DNA of 25,282 nt from Bacteroidota bacterium (GCA_036396395.1 DASWKY010000083.1:1-25282); one strand, 5' to 3'. Numbered from the stretch's first letter, positions 16,876-24,665 are shown. Numbers and translations: made by a program. The notes: a model not told the origin generated them from the letters alone.

Positions 16876-17463
16876 TTATTGGAGATTGCCCATATTCCGC
16901 GGATAGATCAGTTTTTCCCAGAAGACGGAGATATAGGTCGTAATGTCCGGCAGAATAATCGGCGCGTGGCTCTGTACGCGAAAATACACTTGAATGGCGT
17001 GTATCGAATCGCGCGACGCTCCCGTTACCGGAGCGGTTAATGTATTAAACGTGCTGTCAAGATATGTCATGCTGAACTCCGTGACGCCGATGTTGTGTTC
17101 CACCGTCACGCCGTTTTCCGTGCGGTAGAGAGTGTGGTCGTCTGGATTCTCAGAGGCAGGATCTTCGGGTCCCAACTCGTAGGTCACCGTACGCATCGTC
17201 GCATCGTTCAAAATGTAGTACTTGAAGCGGATCTTGTTCGCCTCCGCCGTATCCACTTTGGTGCCGCTCACGTTAAAACCCATTTTATGAAAATCGAACT
17301 CGACTGTTTTGGCAAGCTCGAGCGCGTAGTTTTGGGTCATGTAGTTATACGTGTTGTAGTACATCGTCGAGTTCATATTGATCTGCACGCGCCCGATGGT
17401 AAACATTAGCGAGCCGAAGATGATCGTCGAAGCCATGATATCCATCATTGCACTGGAACCCAT
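16876..17463 (-). CDS. Cassette C gene 2: PilW/MshO-like protein (195 aa)
   Basis: MMDIMASTIIFGSLMF helix, VEFDFHKMGF, NPDDHTLYR, GVTEF, YPRN. RBS AGAGGAG. Confidence 0.65.
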   Translation of the reverse strand: MGSSAMMDIMASTIIFGSLMFTIGRVQINMNSTMYYNTYNYMTQNYALELAKTVEFDFHKMGFNVSGTKVDTAEANKIRFKYYILNDATMRTVTYELGPEDPASENPDDHTLYRTENGVTVEHNIGVTEFSMTYLDSTFNTLTAPVTGASRDSIHAIQVYFRVQSHAPIILPDITTYISVFWEKLIYPRNMGNLQ

Positions 17464-17478
17464 ATTCTTCTCCTCTGG

Positions 17479-18054
17479 TTAGAAGTAACGCCGGTAAATA
17501 GAGATATCCTGCAGGCTGATCCAGATGGTTGAGTCGTTCAAATCAACTGGTAAGTTCGGGTGATAGCAGTCCACATTAACCACCTTGTAGTGTGTTCTGT
17601 CTGTGATTAACGAGTCCGGATAGGTTTCACGCGCATACGTGACCGTGCTTTTGATGTAAAACCAGCCGAGAATGCTGTCTTTGACGGCACGGTGATAGTT
17701 ATGGTAGTCGTCCACGTCGTCAAATCTTGTTTTCGAAAGATAACTCGTGTCAACGTTGCTGTAGCCGAGAATTGTTCCCAGACCGAGAAGATTCAGCGAC
17801 TCACCTGATCCGTCGGGCCCGAAATTCGCCGAAGTCGTAAATTGACTATCGGCATAGACCAAGGTCCCGATTGAATTCTCGTCAAAGTCCCGCGCGAGAA
17901 TTTCATCGAGCAGGGTTTGGGCGATCGAGAGAGCATTAAGCTGTGACTGCGCTTCCAGCCCCGTCGCGATAGACGAAATAAACGTGCCGTTGATGCTCAG
18001 CGTCAGCATGGCGAGCATCGTCAAAGCCCCTACTACCAACATCGTTTGTCCCAC
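17479..18054 (-). CDS. Cassette C gene 1: PilV/MshD-like protein (191 aa, GTG start)
   Basis: GQTMLVVGALTMLAML helix, LLDEILARDFDE, FDDVDDYH. RBS AAGGAG. Confidence 0.65.
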   Translation of the reverse strand: MGQTMLVVGALTMLAMLTLSINGTFISSIATGLEAQSQLNALSIAQTLLDEILARDFDENSIGTLVYADSQFTTSANFGPDGSGESLNLLGLGTILGYSNVDTSYLSKTRFDDVDDYHNYHRAVKDSILGWFYIKSTVTYARETYPDSLITDRTHYKVVNVDCYHPNLPVDLNDSTIWISLQDISIYRRYF

Positions 18055-18100
18055 TGGAACTCCTTAACGTGAGTAGCTTTACTGGTATTAAAACTGTACT

Positions 18101-18129
18101 ACAATACTGAAAACACCGGCAAGAGTCAA
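18101..18129 (-). promoter_or_regulatory. Candidate sigma-70 promoter of cassette C
   Basis: Minus strand TTGACT-N17-TATTGT, 46 nt upstream of the GTG start. Confidence 0.55.
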
Positions 18130-18386
18130 GTTACGCCGGTCACACTCTGCCGTTCCTTGCTGAATATCACAGTATTGCTCCTATCAACAATATTTCTCAG
18201 GCATTTTCTTGATAAGAAACGGCTCTCATTGTACTGAATTTCAAGAAAACAAACCTTCGACTTCACACCGCGCTTCAGCATAAGACTCTAATAGCTATGA
18301 AATGAACGCCGAACGCGACGGCGTGGTCAATGTGCGCGTACACACAATCTCTTGCCACTCAGGCAATTCCGCTCTATATTAATCGA

Positions 18387-20399
18387 ATGAATTCCGCCGT
18401 TCCGACAATAACTTCCGGGCTTGCGTTCAACCGTGGCGACCTGAGCAACGATACTCTGCTTGAGCTGTACGAAGCGCTTCTTCTGCCCCGTTTGATTGAA
18501 GAAAAAATGCTTCTTTTGTTACGGCAGGGAAAGCTCAGCAAGTGGTTCTCCGGCATCGGGCAGGAAGCGATTGCGGTCGGGTGCACGAAAGCATTGCAAC
18601 CCTCGGACTATCTTCTCCCGTTGCACCGGAATCTTGGCGTGTTTACCTCGCGCAATTTGCCGCTTGAAACACTCTTTGCGCAGTGGGAAGGGAAGCGCTC
18701 CGGCTATACGAAAGGGCGCGACCGTTCTTTCCACTTCGCCGCGCCGGAACATCGCATCATCGGCATGATCTCTCACCTCGGCGCAATGCTTCCGGTCGCA
18801 GACGGCCTTGCGCTTGCAAGCAACCTTGATAACAAGCCCGACATTGCGCTCGTGTTCTCCGGCGACGGGGGGACAAGCGAAAGCGACTTCCACGAAGCGG
18901 TCAACGTCGCCGCTGTCTGGAATCTGCCCGTCATCTTTCTCATCGAAAACAACGGCTACGGACTTTCAACACCGACGAATGAGCAATATCGCTGTAAGCA
19001 GTTAATTGACAAAGCGCTCGGTTACGGCATCGAGGGAATACGTATCGACGGCAATAATATTCTGGATGTGTACGAAACTACCTGCCGTATCGCCGAGGCG
19101 ATGCGCCGCGACCGGAAGCCGGTACTGTTGGAAGCAATGACCTTCCGCATGCGCGGGCACGAGGAGGCATCCGGCACAAAGTACGTACCGCCCGCGCTCT
19201 TCGATGAATGGGCGAAAAGAGACCCGGTCAAGAATTACGAGCAGTATCTTCTCGGCATAGGTTTGTTGACGAAAGAACGCGTGGAGGAAATCCGCTCTCA
19301 GTTCAAACAACGAATAGAAAACGCGTGGGAGCATACGCAGGCTGAGCCAAACATTGTCGCAAACGTCGATACAGAACTTGCCGATGTGTACGCTCCTCTC
19401 AAAGTAGAACTTGTTCTGCCTCATCAAGAGAAGCAGTCCAAGAAGCGCTTCGTCAACGCGCTCTCCGACGGATTACGCCAGGCGATGGAACGCGACCCAA
19501 AGCTCGTACTGATGGGACAGGATATTGCCGAATACGGCGGCGTCTTCAAAGTGACGGAAGGCTTCGTGCAGCAGTTCGGCAAAGAACGCGTGCGGAATAC
19601 GCCATTGTGTGAGTCCGCAATTCTCGGCTCGGCAGTAGGGCTTTCCATTTGCGGCAGGGCGTCAATGGTGGAAATGCAATTCGCGGATTTTGTCACCTGC
19701 GGCTACAACCAGATCGTCAACAATCTTGCCAAAACGCACTACCGGTGGGGTCAGCCGGTGAACGTCACCGTGCGTATGCCGACCGGCGCAGGCGTGGGGG
19801 CGGGACCGTTTCACTCACAAAGCACTGAGGCGTGGTTTGCGCATGTCCCGGGCTTAAAAGTCGTGTACCCATCGACTCCTTTTGACGCGAAAGGGCTGAT
19901 AACAGCGAGCCTCAGTGAGCCGAATCCGGTGCTCTTTTTCGAGCATAAATTTCTTTATCGTAGTATTGAAGGATTGGTGCCGGATGAGTATTATACTCTC
20001 CCGCTTGGCGTGGCGCGAATCGTGCAGGAAGGCGCCGACGTTACTTTAGTAACGTACGGCTGGGGCGTGCATTGGGCAGTAGATGCGGCGAAAGGATTTC
20101 CCGATACGAATATTGAGATTATTGATTTACGAACTCTGTCGCCGTGGGATAAAGAGGCAGTCCTTGCCTCAGTCCGCAAAACCGGCAAATGTTTGGTTGT
20201 GCACGAGGATACGATGTTCGGAGGCATCGGCGGCGAAATCGTTGCAACGATAACGGAGGAATGCTTCGCACAATTGGATGCGCCCGTAATGCGCGTTGCG
20301 TCGCTCGATACGCCTGTACCGTTTAATCTTGAGTTAGAAAAACAATTTCTCGCGAAAAGCCGGCTGAAATACAAACTCCAAGAACTCATCGCTTACTAA
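18387..20399 (+). CDS. Fused E1 alpha/beta 2-oxoacid dehydrogenase subunit, likely branched-chain (about 670 aa; ATG 18387 preferred over 18330)
   Basis: TPP motif GDGGTSE...ENN, FRMRGHEEA, beta-domain motifs VRNTPLCESAI, VEMQFADF and GPFHSQS. Confidence 0.9.
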   Translation: MNSAVPTITSGLAFNRGDLSNDTLLELYEALLLPRLIEEKMLLLLRQGKLSKWFSGIGQEAIAVGCTKALQPSDYLLPLHRNLGVFTSRNLPLETLFAQWEGKRSGYTKGRDRSFHFAAPEHRIIGMISHLGAMLPVADGLALASNLDNKPDIALVFSGDGGTSESDFHEAVNVAAVWNLPVIFLIENNGYGLSTPTNEQYRCKQLIDKALGYGIEGIRIDGNNILDVYETTCRIAEAMRRDRKPVLLEAMTFRMRGHEEASGTKYVPPALFDEWAKRDPVKNYEQYLLGIGLLTKERVEEIRSQFKQRIENAWEHTQAEPNIVANVDTELADVYAPLKVELVLPHQEKQSKKRFVNALSDGLRQAMERDPKLVLMGQDIAEYGGVFKVTEGFVQQFGKERVRNTPLCESAILGSAVGLSICGRASMVEMQFADFVTCGYNQIVNNLAKTHYRWGQPVNVTVRMPTGAGVGAGPFHSQSTEAWFAHVPGLKVVYPSTPFDAKGLITASLSEPNPVLFFEHKFLYRSIEGLVPDEYYTLPLGVARIVQEGADVTLVTYGWGVHWAVDAAKGFPDTNIEIIDLRTLSPWDKEAVLASVRKTGKCLVVHEDTMFGGIGGEIVATITEECFAQLDAPVMRVASLDTPVPFNLELEKQFLAKSRLKYKLQELIAY

Positions 20400-20407
20400 T
20401 ATTTATC

Positions 20408-20432
20408 GAGACGTAGCAAGCTACGTCTCTAC
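20408..20432 (-). repeat. GTAG-type REP
   Basis: Minus strand reads GTAGAGACGTAGC-TT-GCTACGTCTC: a 5' GTAG followed by a perfect 10-bp palindrome, in a short intergenic gap. Confidence 0.6.
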
Positions 20433-20441
20433 AAAGATTCT

Positions 20442-21581
20442 ATGTCCCAAACAATCTACGAACTTCCGACTCCCGCACTATTGCTCGATGCGGATATCCT
20501 CGACCATAACATTCGGGCAATGCAGGAAAAAGCGAACAAGTTGAGTGTTTCGTTACGCCCGCATATTAAAACGCACAAGTGCCTCGAAATCGCCAAGAAA
20601 CAAAAAGACGCCGGAGCGAAGGGCATCACCGTTTCGACATTTTACGAAGCGGAGCAATTTGCTAAAGCCGGCTATACCGATATCACGTGGGCGTTCCCGA
20701 TACCGCCTGTGTATATCGCCCCCGCTCTCGACTTCAACGAGAAGGTAACTCTGCGGGTGGTCGTTGATAGCATGGAAGCGGCGAACCTCCTCGAAAAAAC
20801 CGCGCGCGACAAAGGAAAGAAAATTCATGTGTGGCTGAAAGTTGACTGCGGGTACCACCGCGCTGGCGTGGACCCGAAATCGCCGCTTGCAGAAGACCTC
20901 GTCAAAACATTGTCGAAAGCGGAGAGCCTGCACTTCGACGGCATCCTGTCGCATTCGGGACACGCCTACCACGGAAAAAACCGAACCGAAATTCTCAAGG
21001 CGGCCGAAGAGGAACGGGACGTGATGATGGATTTTGCCGAACGAATGAGGAAAAAGCGATACGACATTCTCGCCGTGAGCATTGGTTCAACGCCGGCAAT
21101 GGCGGTGATCCAGAACTTGAGCGGCATAAAGGAAATCCGCCCCGGCAACTATGCGTTCTACGATTACACGCAGGCGATGATCGGCGCGTGCGGCGTGGGC
21201 GACTGCGCGCTGACCGTCCTCTCGTCGGTCATTTCGCACCAGCCGGGTGCATCGCACTTTCTCACCGACGCGGGCGCGCTGGCGCTTTCTAAGGATATGG
21301 GTCCCACGCACGTCAGCAACGACATGGACATGGGCATTCTCTACGACGACTACGAGCGCAAACGCCTGCAACCGCACATCCATTTGCGGACACTCTCGCA
21401 AGAGCATGGAAAGGTTATCGCCAATTCGCCCGATATGATCGAGGGGAAATATAAAGTAGGCGACAAAGTCAGAATTCTCGAGCACCACTCGTGCCTCACC
21501 GCCGCGCAGTTCGACGAGTACTACGTCGTAAAAGAAGATCGCGTGGTGGACAAGTGGAAGATTTTGAGAGGACGGAGTTGA
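20442..21581 (+). CDS. PLP-dependent enzyme of the DSD1 / D-threonine aldolase (alanine racemase fold) family (379 aa)
   Basis: LPTPALLLD, LRPHIKTHK (PLP lysine), EIRPGNY, SQEHG and C-terminal HHSCL metal-ligand motif. Confidence 0.87.
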   Translation: MSQTIYELPTPALLLDADILDHNIRAMQEKANKLSVSLRPHIKTHKCLEIAKKQKDAGAKGITVSTFYEAEQFAKAGYTDITWAFPIPPVYIAPALDFNEKVTLRVVVDSMEAANLLEKTARDKGKKIHVWLKVDCGYHRAGVDPKSPLAEDLVKTLSKAESLHFDGILSHSGHAYHGKNRTEILKAAEEERDVMMDFAERMRKKRYDILAVSIGSTPAMAVIQNLSGIKEIRPGNYAFYDYTQAMIGACGVGDCALTVLSSVISHQPGASHFLTDAGALALSKDMGPTHVSNDMDMGILYDDYERKRLQPHIHLRTLSQEHGKVIANSPDMIEGKYKVGDKVRILEHHSCLTAAQFDEYYVVKEDRVVDKWKILRGRS

Positions 21582-21623
21582 TAAGAGCTATGTTGGTTTC
21601 CTAATTCCTAACACCTACTAACT

Positions 21624-22397
21624 ATGGTTTATCTTTCTAATAGCATCATCCTCATTACTGGCGCAAGCGCGGGCATCGGCCGCGCGTGCGCTGAGGCGTT
21701 CGCCCAGGCGGGCGTAAAGCTTGTGCTGTTCGCACGGCGCAAAGACCGCTTGCAGGAGCTATCTTCCGAACTCAAGCAAAAGTACGGTACTGTGTCTTAT
21801 ATCGTCGAACTTGACGTGCGGGACCGGAAGGCCGTTCAGCAGGTCTTCAACAAATTACCGGACGAGTGGCAGAAAGTTGATGTGTTAGTGAACAACGCAG
21901 GGCTGAGCCGCGGGTTGGATAAACTTCAAGACGGCTCCATTGACGATTGGGAAGAGATGATTGACACGAACATCAAAGGCTTGCTCTATATTACGCGGGC
22001 GGTATTGCCGGGCATGGTTGCCCGCGACCGCGGCACCGTCATCAATATCGGCTCGATTGCCGGACACGAGTTGTATCCGAAAGGCAATGTCTATGCCGCC
22101 ACCAAGCATGCGGTGGACGCTCTTACACGGGGCTTGCGTCTCGATTTAGTCGAAACATCGGTGAGAGTCTGCACTGTCGACCCGGGGCTGGTGGAAACGG
22201 AGTTCAGTATGGTGCGCTTCCGCGGGGACGCAGAGCGCGCGCAGAAAACGTATCTGGGGCTCCAACCGCTCACGCCGCAGGATATTGCCGACGCTGTGCT
22301 GTACTGCGCAACACGCCCGCCGCATGTGCAAATTTCTGAAATGATCCTGCTTCCTGTACACCAGGCATCGCCGATGCTGGTGCATAGGAAGGGGTAA
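21624..22397 (+). CDS. Short-chain dehydrogenase/reductase, YdfG-like (257 aa)
   Basis: TGASAGIG, LVNNAG, NIGSIAG, catalytic YAATK, VDPGLVETEFS. Confidence 0.9.
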   Translation: MVYLSNSIILITGASAGIGRACAEAFAQAGVKLVLFARRKDRLQELSSELKQKYGTVSYIVELDVRDRKAVQQVFNKLPDEWQKVDVLVNNAGLSRGLDKLQDGSIDDWEEMIDTNIKGLLYITRAVLPGMVARDRGTVINIGSIAGHELYPKGNVYAATKHAVDALTRGLRLDLVETSVRVCTVDPGLVETEFSMVRFRGDAERAQKTYLGLQPLTPQDIADAVLYCATRPPHVQISEMILLPVHQASPMLVHRKG

Positions 22398-22406
22398 CAG
22401 CAAACC

Positions 22407-22473
22407 GTCATTCCCGAATGTTTCTATCGGGAATCTCTTCACTGGATGCCCGCTTACCGCATGCGGGCATGAC
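22407..22473. repeat. REP-like element of the GTCAT...ATGAC type
   Basis: GTCATTCCCG-N11-CGGGAATC...GGATGCCCGC-N9-GCGGGCATGAC, between convergent genes. Confidence 0.65.
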
Positions 22474-22487
22474 ATTGGGTAATATCT

Positions 22488-23138
22488 CTACAACGACTTA
22501 ATCACCCGCACAACTTTCCAGACAAACGACACATCTTTTTTCCGCACCACCATCGGCTCAAACTCCGGGTTCAGCGGCACGAGCTGAATGAACTCCGTTT
22601 CGATCTTCACGCGCTTCACCGTATCCTCGTCGTTCACGCGCACCACACAAATATCGCCACTGCGGGATTCTTGCTTCGGGCTGACCACAATCACGTCGCC
22701 GTCCTCGATGCGGGGCGCCATGCTGTTGCCCTTCACCACGAGCGCGAACGCGTTCGCGTCGCTCACGTTGTCCACGGTGATGTACTTTTCGACGTAGTCC
22801 GCGTGAAAGTACAAATTCGGCGCGCCGCCGGGGACGGACGACAATAACGGAACCGTCACTAACTCGACGCGCTTATAGCGGCTCATCGGCAAGTGCACAA
22901 TTTTCTTCTCCGTGGTCGTTCGCGCGAACATGTCGCCCTCGCCCGTTAAGAGCCAGTGGGCAGTCACGCCGGCCATCCGTGCAATGCGCATCAGGTAGTT
23001 GCTGTCCGGCGCCTGTTCGCCGTTCTCCCATCGCTGGATGGTGCGGGTAGCGACATCGATTTTCGCGGCGAGCTTCGCCTGGTCAAACCCTTTCGAAAGC
23101 CGCGCTTCGCGAATCCGCCGAGCAAGTTTAGTGTTCAT
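22488..23138 (-). CDS. XRE-type HTH plus S24 peptidase repressor (LexA/CI-like, 216 aa)
   Basis: N-terminal HTH (QAKLAAKIDVATRTIQRWENG, WLLTGEG), catalytic Ser in KGNSM and Lys in TVKR. RBS AGGAG. Confidence 0.9.
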   Translation of the reverse strand: MNTKLARRIREARLSKGFDQAKLAAKIDVATRTIQRWENGEQAPDSNYLMRIARMAGVTAHWLLTGEGDMFARTTTEKKIVHLPMSRYKRVELVTVPLLSSVPGGAPNLYFHADYVEKYITVDNVSDANAFALVVKGNSMAPRIEDGDVIVVSPKQESRSGDICVVRVNDEDTVKRVKIETEFIQLVPLNPEFEPMVVRKKDVSFVWKVVRVIKSL

Positions 23139-23169
23139 ACTGTCATGTCTCCTGAAAAATACAATCCAG

Positions 23170-23263
23170 ATGTCATTCTGAGCGTAGCGAAGAATCCCGC
23201 TTTCATATCGGCAGCTCTTATAACGAGTTTCTTCCGTAGGGATGCCTACGGCAGGAATGACAT
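23170..23263. repeat. REP-like element of the GTCAT...ATGAC type
   Basis: ATGTCATTCTGAGCGTAGCGAAGAATC ... TTCTTCC-GTAGGGATGCCTAC-GGCAGGAATGACAT, with terminal inverted ends. Confidence 0.65.
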
Positions 23264-23300
23264 AGTTTTTTTTCCTAAATATATATTTGTCGCATCGCGC

Positions 23301-23329
23301 TTGACACTATGACAAATTTGTCGTATCCT
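23301..23329 (+). promoter_or_regulatory. Sigma-70 promoter of the radical SAM gene with a palindromic operator in its spacer
   Basis: TTGACA (23301-23306)-N17-TATCCT (23324-23329). Perfect palindrome GACAAATTTGTC at 23311-23322. Confidence 0.7.
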
Positions 23330-23338
23330 CGCGCGGTC

Positions 23339-23367
23339 AACATACATAAAATTTTCATTTCTGTCAA
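23339..23367 (-). promoter_or_regulatory. Candidate sigma-70 promoter of the repressor gene, face-to-face with the one above
   Basis: Minus strand TTGACA-N17-TATGTT. Confidence 0.5.
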
Positions 23368-23378
23368 GAGGCATTACC

Positions 23379-24446
23379 ATGTTTTCGCTCACGATTAAAG
23401 GCCGGGGAGCGGGATTCAACCCGCCCAACCGGTTTGAGGAAATCTCCGTCGGTCCTCCCCCTGAAGACATTGCCCAGTATTTCGAGGAGCCGGACCTGGA
23501 GCGCAAAATCCCCACCAAATATTATATGGATAATACCAAAACGATATTGTCCAATAATGACAGCCCTGATATCGGCTTCCGGTACAGCATCAACCCCTAC
23601 CGGGGGTGCGAGCACGGATGTATTTACTGTTACGCCCGGCCGTCGCATGAGTATTTGGGGTTCTCGTCGGGTATGGATTTCGAGACGAAAATCCTCGTGA
23701 AAATGGACGCGCCGAAGCTCTTGGCGGAAGAACTTCGCAAGCCTTCGTGGGAACCGCAAGTCGTCGCGTTCTCCGGCAACACGGATTGCTACCAGCCGGT
23801 AGAACGAAAGTTAGAAATTACGCGCAAGTGTGTGGAGGTGTTTTTGAAATTCCGCAACCCGTTCGGGATGATCACCAAGAATGCTCTCGTCCAGCGCGAC
23901 ATTGACCTGCTGAAAGAACTCTCGTCTATGAATCTCGTGTGCGTTACGGTCAGCATTACGTCGCTGGATAACGAACTGATCAGAAAAATGGAGCCGCGCA
24001 CATCTGCGCCGCATAAGCGGCTGGAGACTATCGAGGTGCTGGCGAAAAACGGTATTCCCGTCGGCGTGAATGCCGCGCCGATCATCCCCGGCTTAACCGA
24101 CGTGGAGATCCCCGCCATCCTTAAAGCCGCCTCGGAGCGCGGAGCGAAATGGGCGGGACATACCATCGTGCGGCTCTCGTACGCGCTAAAGGATTTGTTC
24201 GTGGACTGGGCGAACCGCAACGTGCCGGAGAAAGCGCCGAAGATCATCAACCGCATCAAAGAGGTGCGCGGTGGGAAACTATCTAATTCCGACTTCGGCA
24301 CGCGAATGTCCGGCGAAGGGGAAATCGCCGAATCCATCCACCAGTTGTTCGAATCGAGCTGTCGTCGTTATCATCTCAATGAAGAACGGATGCATTTGAG
24401 CAAAGCGCACTTCACAAGGAACGCAGACCAGGTGGAGATGTTTTGA
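23379..24446 (+). CDS. PA0069/Rv2578c-family radical SAM protein (spore photoproduct lyase-like, 355 aa)
   Basis: KGRGA..NPPNRFE start, SINPYRGCEHGCIYCYARP (CxxxCxxC), NTDCYQPVER. Confidence 0.9.
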   Translation: MFSLTIKGRGAGFNPPNRFEEISVGPPPEDIAQYFEEPDLERKIPTKYYMDNTKTILSNNDSPDIGFRYSINPYRGCEHGCIYCYARPSHEYLGFSSGMDFETKILVKMDAPKLLAEELRKPSWEPQVVAFSGNTDCYQPVERKLEITRKCVEVFLKFRNPFGMITKNALVQRDIDLLKELSSMNLVCVTVSITSLDNELIRKMEPRTSAPHKRLETIEVLAKNGIPVGVNAAPIIPGLTDVEIPAILKAASERGAKWAGHTIVRLSYALKDLFVDWANRNVPEKAPKIINRIKEVRGGKLSNSDFGTRMSGEGEIAESIHQLFESSCRRYHLNEERMHLSKAHFTRNADQVEMF

Positions 24447-24481
24447 AGTGATACATTTGCGCCACAAAGACACGAAGGCAC

Positions 24482-24665
24482 TAGAACCGGTCTCAAAAAT
24501 GGATAAAACTCATTCGGGATCGGGTTAAAACCCGGCATACATTTTTGGATCTCGTATCCACGCCCTGAAGGGCGTGGCTATTAGCCCCGACCTTTAGGTC
24601 GGGGAAATAATAACAAAAAAACTCAGGGCTTCAGCCCTTTACGCGTGTTTTTGAGGTGGGTTCTA
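24482..24665. mobile_element. 184-bp non-coding MITE-like element with imperfect terminal inverted repeats
   Basis: TAGAACCGGTCTCAAAAA (24482-24499) versus the reverse complement of 24648-24665, TAGAACCCACCTCAAAAA (15/18 match). TA at both ends and four internal hairpins. Confidence 0.55.

Noticed and set aside
10784-17481. Five of six junctions inside the cassettes keep the same reading frame (possible read-through polyprotein)
   Set aside because: All are TAA stops, the downstream genes have their own starts and mostly their own RBS, and each begins with a membrane helix. Chance or shared ancestry is sufficient.
10286-18054. Cassette switching by DNA inversion or a diversity-generating retroelement
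   Set aside because: No recombinase or reverse transcriptase, and no near-identical nucleotide repeats between cassettes were seen.
21599-21623. Degenerate 7-mer tandem CCTAATT-CCTAACA-CCTACTA
   Set aside because: Only three imperfect units; too short to support a repeat call.
22488-23138. Prophage CI repressor marking a prophage
   Set aside because: No integrase, cro-like, replication or structural genes nearby; the neighbours are housekeeping and repair genes.
24482-24665. CRISPR array or tRNA in the hairpin-rich intergenic regions
   Set aside because: No regularly spaced direct repeats, no cas genes and no cloverleaf or T-loop motif.
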